Positions 12,718 to 26,915 of a stretch of 64,000 nt of DNA are shown piece by piece (the first letter of the stretch is position 1; every line of letters starts with the position of its first letter). Source of the stretch: Amphiscolops sp. MND2022 (lineage: Eukaryota); NCBI GenBank assembly GCA_964187785.1, contig OZ076409.1:58964001-59028000 (forward strand), in the 5' to 3' direction. Both the position numbers and the translations under genes were made by a program. The notes below the pieces were generated by a model. The model had not been told where the DNA came from and searched no databases. It saw nothing but the letters and a program-made list of their open reading frames with translations.

Positions 12718-15139
12718 CTTCTATTAATCGTCTCACAATATTATAGTGTATTGATTGACTTTGAAACTGCTCTTTTCATTTTTGAAAGGTACCGCTAAAA
12801 ACAGCTGAAGAGTAGCGAGACAACCCCCGGAATATGGACAGATTACGAAGATCTTGATTTCCTTGTCACTTAGCCCCCCGTCTTGGATTGAGTTGATTCT
12901 TCTTTCTTTCGAAGTGAATGAAATTTTTTGTAGAATCTCAGTCAATTCTTGTCTCGCGCACGGGTTTTATTGAGTTGTAGTGGAGCTATTCTGAACAAAT
13001 AGTTAAAGCTACTGAAAACCAAAAGTCTTACAAACTTTATTAGGCATTATCTCAGAAACTACTGGTCAGAAGATAAACCTTCTCGGATCATTTTTGTAGC
13101 CGTGACACCGTTTAATTACTTTCATTTTCAACAATTTTCTTGAAAATTCTTCTTCAAAGAAGCAAGAGGCAAAAACGGCTAAAATACTTGTAACTTCGTC
13201 AAAACAATATTCTACGTAGGAAAAATTGACAATTTCGTGAATAATTTGTGAAGTAAATCCCCGAGGAGGGCAATTTCAGAAAAGATCTATAGTGAAGGTA
13301 CAAAGTTTGACTGTTTTGTTAAAATCAGCGGTTCTCAAAATTTTGTAGGATAAATTTCAAAAAAGCCATAAATTAGCGAAGACTTTTGTTAGCTACTAAC
13401 TTTTGTAGTTTTTGTGTGAGTTCAAAACAAACAGTACCCCTGTTATCTTGATTGAAATTTGAGAAGGTTTTGCTCCACAATGACTTTTGTGTCTATTTCA
13501 TTACGTACAAATTTACTGCGATTTGAGATTTGAAATGAAATGTTTTCAGCTTTTTGAACCCTAGTTCAAAGAGTTCAAAGTTATAACGTGGACTATTTTT
13601 CAAACGAATTGACCCAATCAATAAGTATTAAATTTGTGTCATCTTTTTATAAACTGTCGCTTTTTAACCAGGTTGACATTCTTTCTAGTATCTTGGAAAG
13701 ATCTTGCACAATTCCTACATCTTGGTGGCTATCTTACCAAGATCTTACTCAGATGCATCATTATTGGATCTACCAAGATAATTGAAAAATTCGAAGTCTC
13801 GCGGCCATATTCGATTTTTCCTCAACGTTTTGAAACATTTTTTGGCCTAGAAAATGGTCTTGTGTAGACTGTCACTGTGGAAATTATGTTTTGACTGACA
13901 AATTTCGGAAAAGGTGCTCTAAGTCACTATCTTTTGGAGTATTAATCTCAAATTATTCTCCTGTGGAAAAAGGACTGAAATCACTGAATCCCAAGGAATA
14001 AGATCAAGAATTACTAAATTCAATAGAGCAAGATAAAAAAAATTTCTATCCTGTGGAATAAGTTTTAAAATCACTGTACTCTGATGAACTTGTGACAGTT
14101 GGGGGATTTAGACTTCGATGGAAACTTAGTTGGGGATCGATGATAAAATTATTGTGCCAGATGAATTTTGACTATCAGATATTTTTCAAATTGTTTTATA
14201 TTTTCGATTATGTCATCATAGTTTACTGCGAAAGAAGATATGGTTCATCGACGCTTTTGATGCAGAGTGATACCAGTGGCGATGACAAGCGTTTGATTTG
14301 ATTGCAGAAGTTGTTTTGGAAGTTAACAGACACAGCTGCTTTAAAGGAAGATGGCAACATGTAGTCTTTCGTAGAGCAAAAAAATTGAAATGCTTAAGCG
14401 TCTGCATAAGCAAGCATTCGTAACGCCCTCTCAAACAGTTTTGAAAGAACCCACCTGAAGTCTTCGTGAAAACGATTGGACACCAAAAAAAAACGAAAAT
14501 ACCACAGCTGAAAAAATCCGAAGCGAGCTAGCTGTGAGCATACAATAGTTTTCCAACTTACTCCAGTTGGAAGTTTACCTATCAAGTGTTATTGGTTGAC
14601 TTACAGCTCAGTATTCCAGTGTTTTCCCCCCTTTTTCTAGTGATATTTAGACATTGTTCCCCTGTCTTCAGATCTTCTTATGGCGGTAAAATTGTTTTAT
14701 TCCAGTTATTTTAAACATTTGAGAGAAATTCAGGTTTACCATCCAATAATTTTCAATTTAATTGTTTGATGCCTTCTTTCTCCTTATCACGTAGTTCTTG
14801 CCAATGTTTTTTAAGCAATCTAGGTTTCTTAGATAATAAGATTTTTCTTACCATTGCAAAATGCCTAGCATGGCAAGATGTTAGCAAGACTGTTTAAAGA
14901 TATTGGCAAGATTTTCCCAAGATCCTAAGATATCCATGGAGGGTACGTAGTAACATGTGCAGCGACATCAAAGCCTGATGTAAGAGTTTTTCCCTTGATA
15001 TTCCGTCACCAGTTACACTTATCACAATACCCTCTAATCTGAAAAACTGAATTTTGTTTCTCCGAAAAAATTTCAACTCCCCCGGGAAAACTTTCCAATT
15101 TTCACTCCTAAAAATTATATCAGAAAAGAAAAAAACAGC

Positions 15140-16639
15140 TGTCCCAGGCGTCCGCCTGTGATGGCAATGTCTATTCAATTTGACACGACTATAAAAAAGT
15201 GCAACCCTACACCCTTCCTCTAAACTAAACTTGCAAGCGAAACTCTTAAAATTATTCTAGAAAGTCATGTAAACCTTATAATTTACTTCATAATATGTTT
15301 TGTATTATGCAATAGCATGTAATATTATTATACTAGCGTTAATATGTAAGTTAATTGGACACCAAGGCGTACAGGTAACGGAAACGCGTTCGAATATTTT
15401 CTCGCCTGTCGCCTTGGTCCGCCAGTCCAATTAACTCGTTAGCCAATCACGGCGCATTATCTTTATTTGTTGCTGTACTATATTACTAGATTAAAGGACT
15501 GGATGGCCATATGCCGCCTGTCAAGGAAGCGCTGGTCCGCTCATGTCTATTGGACACTGAGTCCGTAACTAAATTAAAAGCGCTAGCTAGTGAATATTAT
15601 CAATTACATAATTGTTGGTGCTTAAATTTCCCATACGATGCATTATTAGTCCTCGAAGGACTTATGAACTACGAGAGACAACGTGCTATTAGTGCATTTT
15701 CATATAATTCATGCAATTCTAATGAATGTTGAAATACATGTATCCTGTTTGGTTTTGTACAAATATATCGTTGATTGTCTGTATGGACTCACGGGCTTCC
15801 CGCCATGTTAACTGTCGGAAAGGCCCTTTGATGTATATAACGTCATGATGATGTTAGTTGCTATTTATAGCATTGGCTTTATTTAGAAAGCCCTTAAGGC
15901 TATTTTTAGCTCATGACCGCTAAAATTATGAACGTCATGTAGTTTCAAGTATTTATAGCCGGGACATTTAGCCCCGGGGACAACAACTTTTGTATGATAC
16001 TACATGCTAGTTACTTACCGTTTTAGTAATCTCACACTGAATTTACAAGCTAAAAGATAATGCACTTCTTTATCTTGTAACAATCTCTTATGCCTTCCAC
16101 AAGAAAACAAAAGGCTAAAGCCAGAAAATCTAGAGAAATGGACATGATGTTTGACTTTGAAAACTTAGACGTGATGCTGGGAAATAGTAATAGTAATCCC
16201 ATAGAATGAGAATTAGCTGATGCTATAGATCAGTCGTCGGCCCACGGGGACGCTGATACAAACGTGTACCAAGGAAGTGAATATAGAGATTACCTACATG
16301 AAAATGATTTACTGAGACAAAATGAATTTAGACAGTCCTTTGAAACTTTCTCAAATGAATTCAACCTTAGATTGTCTCAAGAGATGGACTCTATGATGTC
16401 AATGATGCATAGTCAGATAAATAGGGCCATTACGGCAGCTATAGCTGAGAGAGTCGTCCCAGAAATCCAAAACACTGCTAACTCAATGTCCTCTACGGGG
16501 CACAGGGACACTGAGGCCAGTTTGTCCCCCAATAGTCAGGAAAACAGGGAAAGCGCATCTGGGACTAAAATGAAGATTGCACAGAAGGATTCACGATCTG
16601 ATGGTGATTTAAGAGATACCTCGGGTCACGATTCTCACA
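15140..16639 (+). mobile_element. Solo LTR family A copy 1 (1500 bp) containing an ORF
   Basis: TGTCCCAGGC...TCTCACA; TSD ACAGC/ACTGC (1 mismatch). Confidence 0.85.
16090..16639 (+). pseudogene. LTR-embedded ORF (probable gag N-terminus), MPSTRKQKAKARKSREMDMM...RLSQEMDSMMSMMHSQINRAI...PEIQN
   Basis: 183 codons with a single internal TGA and no stop before the LTR end; homologous in all four family A copies. Confidence 0.75.
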
Positions 16640-17244
16640 ACTGCCAAGTTAATACTTCTCGATTTCGCCATGTTCCATATTTTGCCCAAACAGGAGCTGT
16701 CCCATAGAATAAATTAATTGCATATATATCTGAAGATTTCATTTGCAAGACAACAAACACGAAGCGCCTCCGTAATTCCACTATTGAACGTTTCTGGGCA
16801 CTTTTTGTAGTTTTTGAATATTCTTAAAGTCGGAAAACTCACAGTTCAACAGCTAACTCTCCAGAAAAAGCCGATTTTTGTTCAAAAATGCTCAGAAGAG
16901 GCATTAAAATTCAAAAAACTTTTGTACAACAATTGAAAAATTTAGTTAGTATCAATAAAAACAAAGTTCGAAGACGAAACCTTTACCTCTAATGCGATTT
17001 TAAGTATATTAAATAGAGGAGTTTCAAATTCATTTTTGAAAAAAGTCTCAATAAAGAAAAAGTGCAGAAAAATTTCTTTTCTCATTTTCGACAAATTGTG
17101 ATTTTTTTTGTACATTTTTGTGTTGTTTCCTTGTTCTTTAATATGAGAAACCAAGATCCAACTACGCACTTTTTAGCTACTTATATTTACTTTTTAGCTA
17201 GCATAGATTCCTTGAAAAATTATTCAAAAAGGCCAAAGAAACTC

Positions 17245-17250
17245 TACCTC

Positions 17251-17303
<53 letters not shown>

Positions 17304-17311
17304 GCCTCTCT
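17245..17311. repeat. (TC)n microsatellite
   Basis: Directly visible. Confidence 0.95.
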
Positions 17312-17431
17312 CCAAAAAGATCAGAATTGAACTCAAAAGAACCAAGTTTTTCAATTCTCGGACAGTCTGATTTTCAGAGTTCATTTAGGATTTGGATTCA
17401 GATAGTTGGAAGAGATAATTTTATTCATTTC

Positions 17432-17970
17432 CCTTGTTGGAACTGCTTGAACTTTTTGCATGAACTTTAATGTTGCCAGCAACTTTTATTATGATTTTCT
17501 GAAACCCTTACGGAAATTTTCATGCGAAAATATTTATCTGTTGTCTTCGACTTTTATCAAGCTGCTCGAAAGATTCATCAAAGTTTTGGTGGCATTTTTA
17601 AGCATTGAAGTTTTGCAGGTTTTATTAAGAAGCAGTTTTAATTTTGAAAGCAAATACGTCGCTCTCAGTGTAACAGCCATTTCGATGCAAATTAACTTCA
17701 GTGACGTAATAAACTGCAAATTAGCGTCTTTTTAGCGTCCTATTTGAGAAGCGGTGATCACATCAGATGAGTAGTTGAGGAAACATAGTGTAAATACAAA
17801 GTGATCGCGTCGTTGGGCGATGAAGTAGTATTTAGTTTCAAATTTAATTGGAGTTGTGGAAAATGCAGAGTATTTCTTAAAAATATACCCTCGGAATTAT
17901 CACTGAATTTTCTAGGTTTTATAAACGATTACCCTGCATGCAGGCCTGCAGCATGTAAAAAGTTCCTGCA
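17432..17970. repeat. Dispersed repeat, inverted homologue of ~25460-26000
   Basis: TTTAATGTTGCCAGCAACTTTT, CCTATTTGAGAAGCGGTGATCA and TTACCCTGCATGCAGG are found reverse-complemented at 25460-26000; the end motif also occurs at ~55555. Confidence 0.8.
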
Positions 17971-18528
17971 GTCTGAACTAGGATTATCATACGTTTGTTT
18001 GATGCCAATTTTTGGGTTTTTTTACAAACCTGTGTGAATGTAACCAAATCGTGTCAAAGTTTAATTTTGGAGAAACATGGTGGAGTGACTTGGAGTAATT
18101 AGTCTGTTTTGGGGCAGACTAACAAATATGGAACAAAAATTCAACTTTGTTTGAAACAAAGAAATATTTGAAATAAATAAATATGAAACCCCTCTCATTA
18201 TGGTTTTTTGGAACGCAAATATCGAAACAATTCCAAAAACTGCGATGAAATATTGCTTTCTGCCTTCATCTTCTTGCCCAATGGAACTCACATTCTCATA
18301 TTTCACGGAAATGCTTACGGAAGACCGTCAAAGACTTGACATTTTTTATTTCTGTATGTTAATTCATCCAAGTTGATTAGAAGGTTTGAAAAACAGTGTT
18401 TTTTGTGTTTTAGTGTGAAAAATCGTGAATTTGGCTTGATTTTCGTGTTCTTAGCATGACATTTTCAGCGCGAGTTGTGCGAAAAAGTTGCGTGATTAGC
18501 TGACATGCCTGCCCAATACTCAAAGAAT

Positions 18529-19269
18529 TGTAACGACCCGCTAGCGACGCACATCTGGGAAGAGGGACAATGCCTAGTATGCTTAAACAGGAGACCGTTG
18601 TCTTACTACATCCCTAGACACTAATTTTTGTTCCCAAAATGGTCTCCAAGGGGGGCTATTCTTTCATCACAGGAGGCTCCTCTAGTTAGAGCTCCGAGGC
18701 GACGTGCCGGCACTCTCAAAGTCCGGACACGCCCCATAAGCCTGCAAAGAAACGAATCCTAGGTTCTTAACATACATTCCGGCCACCTCCTACATACTTC
18801 CGAGGTCCAAAAAAATATCTAACTGAAATACATTGTATTTGGGGAATTAGTTCTAAAATACAGATCTAGTAGATCAAACATTATTCAAATACTCTGTAAA
18901 CGGTGACAAAACACGGGGATAAGCCGCAATAACATTACAGTTTAGGGTCGGTCGTCAGTCTGGCTTCTGGTATCATTCCTCATCTTTGGGGCACAATGGT
19001 CTTATTTGCCCTTTTTTTGCCGAAACCCTGTCTTTTTCAGCTGGCACAATTCCTGATTCTCTCGCCTTCTGGGTGATGACATCTCGGACATTCACGTTCC
19101 TGGGTGGGGGTGGGGTCTTCTGATGTTGTTTTGCCTTGACTTTGCTTCTTCTACGGTTTTCTTACCTACCGGGTCGGCCATCATGAATGTGCTTGTTTGA
19201 TACCGCACATTTCGAATTTTTTATCGAAATTTTCAAAAACTTCTGCAACGTCGCTTGCCTGAAGTTACA
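18529..19269 (-). mobile_element. Solo LTR family B (741 bp), 3-bp flanking duplication AAT
   Basis: Reverse-complement homologue of the LTRs at 37804 and 42188; AAT|TGTAACG...GTTACA|AAT. Confidence 0.9.
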
Positions 19270-19461
19270 AATGATAGCGTACCGGTAGTGCGAACATTAG
19301 CAAAGCACTTGTAAACAAAATTGTTGCTGGTTTTACAAGTTATTCGTTTTCTTGATACTTTTGATAAGACTCTCACCAATATTTCTATAACGAATTTCAA
19401 GAGTTGTGTGTGAAGCAAGAATAAATAAGATCTTATCAAGGCTTTCAAGAGTAAACGGGAA

Positions 19462-20984
19462 TGTCACAGGCTACCGCCTGTGACTGCAATTACTACCAAA
19501 GTCTATTGGAAGGGGATAACACAAATACCCCTCCCGGAGTTTTGCCAATTTAGACTTATAGGACACTTAGTCCGAACAGCCACAACAAACATTGACTTTA
19601 CCATAATGGAATATGTTATAATTTAATACGCAATCTGTGTCTGTTATACTGAAAAGCTGCTGTAGTATTGTTATACAATGTAAATTTGCAGTAAATTAAT
19701 GTAAGGACAATTAGTACGTATACCGTAGTATGCAATACGGAAGGAAACAAGTTCAAATGAACTCATCCTCTAACCAAACGTACACGCATTACTAGACCTA
19801 TTGATCAATCAAATTGCAGTTTTTTGCTGTAGCTCCGCGGACTGAATGTCTGCCGCGATGGAAATAGTACGCATCTCCGCCAGCACAGTATTTGAATGAA
19901 GCTGCGTGGACCTAACGTCCACTACGGTTAATTATAGTGCTGATATGTAATCTCACATTTAATAAACATGAAACGTTGCAAACTAGTATTAGTTGTGGAA
20001 ATGAAATATTATTACATGTTATTTTATCTTGTCGGCTCAACCGACAAGTATCTCTTTGATGTACTGACGTCACTATGTCACAATTTCAAATCAGTGCTAT
20101 TTTTAGTATTTGCAACTATAAATAGTAACATGACATGCGGAATTTAGGCCGTCATCCCTCTCAGACTATAAATAGGGGGGACTAACGGTTCGAGGATCCT
20201 TTTTCGATATATCTCAATTACAATCAAGTTGCTACTGTTTCATTCTGGTTCAATTTCAACCTTCTGATTATAACTTGAAGCAGTGTTAATTTGTATCGTT
20301 ACTTCCACAATTCACTTTTGAAAAACTAACTTTCCTCCAATGCCATCTTCTAGGAAGAAAAAAAAGGCCAAAGAGAGACGCTTTAGGCAATTGAACATAA
20401 AGTCTGATGTTGAAAACGTAGATATAATATTACGAAGTTATTCGGGAGATGAAGAAAGAAATGACCAAGTGAAAGTGAATTAAATCTGGACCCAGGGTCC
20501 ATAAGGCCTCAGCAAAGTTCTAAGCTAGTTGGAGAAGACTTTAGATCATTACTAAATACAAATAGAAGAGAGAATAGTGAAATGACTATAGAGACAACTG
20601 GGATGATTAGCGAAGAAGTCTCTAATCAGGTACCTAGGAAACTTCATGAGATTAAATCAAGCCTGAATTCTCAGATTCAAGATGCAATTACAACAGCAAT
20701 AACTGAGAAAGTGCTCCCTGCAATCCAAAATACGTTAGATACGCAGGGGAGGGCTAAGTTCACCGTGGTGGACCGAGGGTCCAATGGGCTACATGAGGGC
20801 CCGACGGCGGCCATTTTCACCGCGGTGGACCGAAGGTCCAGTGGGCTACAACGGAATCCCGAAGTTGGAAAAACTAAGAAGACGTGGGAAAACCGCCCCA
20901 AAACGTGTTTTGAACAGGATAATTGTGGACAGATGTCTCGACAAAGTTCAGTAGACTCTTATAATAGTGAACAAAATTGCCACA
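19462..20984 (+). mobile_element. Solo LTR family A copy 2 (divergent subfamily, 1523 bp) containing an ORF from 20340
   Basis: GGGAA|TGTCACAGGC...GCCACA|GGGAA, a perfect 5-bp TSD; ORF MPSSRKKKKAKERR...LNSQIQDAITTAITEKVLPAIQN (frameshifted). Confidence 0.85.
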
Positions 20985-21652
20985 GGGAATAAGTAAGAAT
21001 ATGCGAGATCTTGGCAACAGTTGCCAGATATATACCACTGGTAACAACTCAACAATTGGCAGTTTAGCCTACTTTTAAGAAGAGCTATTTGGAGTTTTCT
21101 GTAGTAAAGAACGTCAATCCTTGCATTTTTGCATGCAATTGGCTAACACTTTTTAATCTTTTCTGTGGTCGTTAGGTGAACAAGAAAAAATTAGCTACTT
21201 AATTCATTTTTGGAGAACCTAGATCAAAAACTGCCAAGTAATCAAAAAGGCCAATTTTCCAATTTTTGAAGTTGCGAGCGTTTCTGCTGGCGAGCGCCTT
21301 TCGGTTACGTTCACACTTTTTCAGATTTTGCAGTTGTCTAAGTAATTCAGCGCTGAAAATGTCCAAGTGCAGAGCGGGTGTCTTTTTTTCCAAAAAAATA
21401 AATCTAGCCCATTTTTAAATAGTTACCAAGGAACATTCGGATAATTTAATTTTCCAAGAAAGCTTTTAGCTCGAACTTTTTGTTTGTTTGAGCGAACTTT
21501 CTTGTCCAAATTTCTAAATTGACCATTAAAGATGTCTTTAATGGTCAATTTAAAAGTTTGACATTTAATTTGTCAATTTAAAAATATGCTCACGCAGTTT
21601 TCATTTTGCAGGAAGCTTTCTAGCTGGTTCAAATGTTTTTATTTTTTAATAG

Positions 21653-21849
21653 GAAACCTTGTGGTCGTGGCAGTTATCATAACAAACAAGGCGATGCACA
21701 ATACTCCCAATATCTACATAGCCAGTGTGGCCATCAGTGACTTTGCTTTCCTCACCGTCTGCGTCCCCCTGAATATCTACGTCACCTTGGCCACAGATGG
21801 GTGGCAGCTTGGGTCCTTCGTGTGTGCGGGTATGCAGTACCTGATGTAT
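21653..21849 (+). CDS. Class A peptide GPCR exon (TM1 end, TM2, ECL1, TM3 start)
   Basis: ttttttaatag acceptor, gtaagt donor; GNLVVVAVIITNKAMHNTPNIYIASVAISDFAFLTVCVP...WQLGSFVCAGMQYLMY (GN, D2.50, WxLG..C motifs). Confidence 0.92.
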
Positions 21850-22167
21850 GTAAGTACCTTTTCATGTCAGCAGTCAATGGGCTACGATAATCAAAGCTAA
21901 GAATCTGCTACTGTTTTGAGCCAATCTAAAACGCCCAGTGAACACTGTCCATTTTTCTGCCCACTGCCATCAAAATGATAGATAATCACACTTTCTATTG
22001 AAGTTCAAAAACAAGCTTTTTGTGCACTCATATTTTCAGAACATCAAATTGCTTGAGTTGAGAGCTTTTGGATAACATTTTAGTACATTTAGAAATTCTG
22101 CAAAATAGACCAATGAGAACATTTTGTTTCCCGTACTTTCTTTCTCAAATAGAATGAACAAAAGATT

Positions 22168-23751
22168 TGTGAGGACTGAGATCCCCAGTGTCCCTAAGAT
22201 CAAATGCAGACCTGGAGTCTTTCTTGGCTATTTTCGTTTCCAATTAATTTGTTTGGCCATCGTTCTCTTAACTATTACCAGACGACCCGGATTCGGTGTC
22301 TCGGTGACTTGAAGACATTGAACCCATGATGTTTTGTATTTCTGGTATGACACTGTCATTGATAGAAGAATTTATAGCCCTATTGATCTGAGAATGCATC
22401 ACTGACATCAGGGAGTCCTTCTCCTGTGAAAGACGCATGTTAATCTCACTTGAGAATATTTCCATAGACTCAAGAAGTATATATCTTGCCTAGGAATTGT
22501 GTTCTCGCCACTAAAATCCCTAATAATATTCTCTTACGGCTTGGGAATGCTTGGGAAAAGGCTTCAGTGTAAGTATTACTGATTGAACCATTGATGGTAT
22601 TCGTAATTCTCTTCCAATGTGATTTGCATTTTCACTACCAAGTAATACGTCCGAATTTTCAAAGTCGGATATCATGTCCAGCTCTCCAGACCTCCTTGCT
22701 TTTGCTTTCTGTCTCCTTGTATATGGCATCAAAATTTTGTGAGAGAGTAATATTTTATTTCTCGAAAGTAACGATTGTGTACTTTCAACTATATTTATCA
22801 AAGTTGTCAAGCAGAATTGAGTCAGGGCCTTGCGTGGCTGTCTATATATACCCCAGGAAGGATGACTTCCCAAATTTAGGGCATCATGTTGCTATAACTA
22901 GACTCGCATCGACTAAAAATATAATCTTTTGATAGTATTAATGCCAATAAGTATTCTATACTCTATCAATAGCCTCGAAACCTAACGAGTATATATTGTT
23001 TACAAGGCCTTCTAGACTTCTCCAACATAACAGTAACTATAGCAACTATATACAAGAATCAAACCATTTACACGTTCATCTACATGCGCGCGCCCCAGTA
23101 CGGTAGATAGAACAAGTGTCTTACCTATGTAAAATGTTCCCATGATTTCACAGTTAAAGGGGTGAAGGGGGATTACATTTTGGCCGTATTTATAATGTAA
23201 TTTCATGGACTAAGTGTAGATTTTGACATGAAATCCATGTATAGGCAAAATCATGTATCATCATTTTTTCAAATGGACCAAAGAGGGGGGAACTCAGTTG
23301 CCTGTCTCAACTGTAATTTATTCAAGTCGCAGATGTTTTCATTCAGACTGCACTCTATTAGAGCACTATATTGTATTACTGTATCATCGCTTCAGTATTC
23401 AGAGAATAAAGCCGCAACTGGCTAATTACCATGGTCTTTTATTACATCACAGCACTAGGCCGTACTCGCCAGGCCGCGCCAGGCAAGAAAATGTTTCAAC
23501 GTGTTTCCTTTGTCTGTACGCTCAGTACGCCTTGGTGTCCAATTTTTATAATATTACCTGTACAAAATGCAACAATTCATCTTATTGTAAAGCAAAATAA
23601 CAATTGTGAATTTAATAACACAAACAAAGTATATGAGAAGTCTATGAATGGGGATTACCCATTCAGTCCAGGGGGACTGTCCCAGGCAGGGCCAGATGGA
23701 AATTGTACGACACAGAGTACCAATTACCATCGCAGGCGGCAGCCTGCGACA
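22168..23751 (-). mobile_element. Solo LTR family A copy 3 (1584 bp) containing an ORF from 22729
   Basis: Minus strand TGTCGCAGGC...CCTCACA; ORF MPYTRRQKAKARRS...RLSQEKDSLMSVMHSQINRAI; TSD degraded (AGATT/GTATT). Confidence 0.85.
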
Positions 23752-25459
23752 GTATTTACTTACACAGAGGAGGGAAATCACTCAAGGTGCATGGTTGTAT
23801 CCAAACATCTGCGGCGTCGAAGCCGAGGGAAGTGAAAAAAAGAAAAAAAATTCCAAGGTTCAAACTCCACATCTATGTCCGGATAACGGGTGCACCTAAC
23901 CAACTCAAACACCGGGAAAAAGTTAGAATACTTTTTGCAGTTGAAGTCACCACATGGAAAAGAAAGCCGCTATTTATTCAAGGTTTTTTATCGACAAATA
24001 AAACAAGTTGGAAAAGAACAAATCATTGTGAACCAATTTCATTATCGAGACTTTCCGTTTTTGCACGCAATTTTATCTGAATCACTACAAAAAAAATATT
24101 CATTATAAAATTACAGCTTCAAATAATGATTTTCAAAAAAAATGTCAGCAGCTCAGAACTTTAACTGAGTTTGGATTTCTGCTTCCATTTGTAACCATAT
24201 TTAGTTCAAAAGATTGATATTTATCAGGTTTGTTCATATGGAAGACTGATGAACCTGATTACTGTGACAAGTAAGTGAAATCGAAATGTAGCTATTTTGT
24301 ACACAAATTTTGAACGAAGCTCGGTTTGCTCTGCTGAAGCTCAAACGCAACTATTTTCTGAGGTCAAAACGTTTATCAAACTTAAATATCTTCATTATAA
24401 TTTTAACACAGTTTTGAACAAATGTCTCTCAAAAAACTATTGAGTCCAAGGGTTGCATTTTACAATCAATTTTCTTTTGCATTACTCATACTATGCTTTT
24501 AAATGAACAACCCTAGTCTTTTCAAAATACTACAGTGTGGTTTTCAAGAAAATTAAGAAAAACCCTCAGCGCCAAACAAAAATAAACAAAAGGAAACCTT
24601 TTGGTCTCATAAACGACTTTTCGTTCTCAAAAAAGACCCAAGAGTCAAAAATCACAAGGGGATCTTCATAGGATATAACAACAAACGAAAATGACTTATT
24701 GCCTGAGGAAAGGTTCAAGGAGGACAACGTTCGGTCTCATACAGCGTTTTATATCAAGCAAAATGGAAAGCTTTCTAAAAAAGCCTCTTCGGTCGCTAAC
24801 AAAACAAAGTCAACACTGAGATACATCACTTTCCGCTGATGACACCTCAGTATTTAACTTAGACTCACAAACCATCGTCAGTTCCAAAAACTGGCAACAG
24901 AAACAAATTATCAAATCAGGTTTTTATATCCACAAAGATGCTTACTGGTGTTTTAAAATTCTTTTGAAACTTTTCTTATTAATTATGAAATTATAACTTT
25001 TGTGGCCGCTATAATACAATTTAGGGACACAACGGGCATCTCAAATAAATTTGAGAATCATTTTTAACGACTTCACTAACGCAATCATGTTCGAATAACA
25101 GAACGGGAAGGTCTCAAGGCGGTGCCCTGTTTTCGGCTCAAAAGGAGCAGAGCTTTCAAAATATGCTTAATGCATTTCTGAATAAAATCTCTTAAATATA
25201 CCGAAAATTACCCAATGGGTACCCTGCGTGCTCAGACAACGCTTTTCTAAAAAAACCAAATTGACTGAAAATATTCTGGAGAAAAACGCATAGTAAAAAA
25301 AGTATTTGGGCCTGAAAACACTTTACACTTTTTTCTATCCAAAAATATCAAACAAACCAGTGCGAGGTCTGTGGTCTTACAAAAGTTTGTATCCGTAAAA
25401 GTCGAGCACTTTTTGTTACAAAACTGCCCGTAGAATATAATAAAAAGTTTAATTTAATT

Positions 25460-26000
25460 GCCCTGGAAATTTTTACATGCAGCAGACCTGCATGCAGGGT
25501 AATTTTTTTTATAAAACCTAGAAAATTCAGAGAGTTTCGGATAGTAAATCATGAACAATTACACTGCATTTTCCAATCCGGCTTATAAATTTGGAAATAA
25601 ATTCCACTACATTACCGACACAATCACTTTGTATTCACACTTTGTTTTCTCAACTCCCATATGATTTGATCACCGCTTCTCAAATAGGACGCTGAAGATG
25701 ACGCTAGTTTGTTGTTTACTTTGTGAATGAAGTTAATCTGCATTAAAATAGGCGGCAAATTTGCTGCTTTGTCTCAACTGCTTTTGAAATTAGAACTGAT
25801 GCATAATGGAACCTGCGAAACTCCGAGGCTTATAATCGCCTTCAAAAGGTTGATGAATCTTTCAAGCAGCTTGATAAAAGATGAATACAACAGAGAAATA
25901 TTTTCGCATGAAACTTTTCCTAAGTGTTTTAGAAAATCCTAACAAAAGTTGCTGGCAACATTAAAGTACATGCAAAAAGTTCAAGCAGATTCAACAAGGA
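25460..26000. repeat. Inverted copy of the 17432-17970 repeat
   Basis: See 17432-17970. Confidence 0.8.
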
Positions 26001-26360
26001 TGGGTATTCAATCGATAATGTCAAAAATTTAATAGCAAAAATTGTTCTGCTCTTCTTGTTCTCTCCCTAGAGAACCAACTTGGCACATTTATTTCCTCGA
26101 TTTTTTCACGTTTTGATTTCATTTTCTCTGTAAAACTAATTGTAAATGTTGCAAATTCAAAACAAAATCATTGTAAAAAGATTTCGATTGTCGATAACAT
26201 ATGAACGGAGTTTCAACTGAAATTTTAAAGCAGGTCAGGAGGTTTTTGCTTTTTCATGTTTTTCAAAACCACGTGATAAGAAAAAAGTCGAGAAAAGATT
26301 AATAGAAAAAAAAATATTATTAATCACAAAAATTTGAACAAAAGTCTATGTAGACGTACA

Positions 26361-26900
26361 AAAAAACCAGGAACGACCAAAGTTGGCGCTATATCTTAGG
26401 CTCAAAAAGCGCAAAAATTTAAAAAATTGTAAAAAGGGCGACACTTTGGGCTTTTTGGAGCTCCAATTTGTTGCAAAACATGAAAAGGGAAAATCATGAA
26501 TTGAAGGGGGATCAGTTGGAGACACCAAAAATCTTCGGTTGAAAAGATCAAAAATCAAGCTTTTTGAAACGTCAAACTGCCGAAAAATGTAAAAAGGGTC
26601 TCCTTTGGGATTTTTCAACAGCTATACAGTTGGAAGTTATCGAAACAATTGAAAGCGGGACCCTTTAGTGCAATCCAAAAATTTTCAAAAAAAGTCTCAT
26701 ACTGCCGAAAAAAGTGGAAACCGCCAAAATGAAAAAAGGCAAAGGGGGATCTTTGGTTTTTTTTCGTGGTTCTGGACGTCGGTTTTGTTTTTTAAGGCGA
26801 CGAGCGAAGCGAGATGCCTTATTGTTTGCGTCGGATTTTTTTTCGCCAAAAAGTGACATCCCTCTGCATTTGTAAAAGTTTCGGCTATTTTTCTCCAAGC
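26361..26900 (-). mobile_element. Second, diverged Helentron-like element, truncated next to the Gypsy fragment
   Basis: Shares CAAAGTYGGCG.TATATCT.AGGCTCAAAAAGCGCAAA and the internal repeats with 10237-10836. Confidence 0.55.
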
Positions 26901-26915
26901 CTATTTCTCCAAGCT

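Larger units (their letters stand above)
8008..14943. mobile_element. Possible large non-autonomous CCC/GGG TIR element, or two separate half-elements
   Basis: CCCTCCATGGATATCTTAG at 8008 and its exact reverse complement ending at 14943, each with CAAGAT/ATCTTG subterminal repeats. Flanks GA versus TA do not match. Confidence 0.4.

Noticed and set aside
21515..21552. 18-bp-arm hairpin upstream of the GPCR exon
   Set aside because: Short and AT-rich, with no evidence of function.
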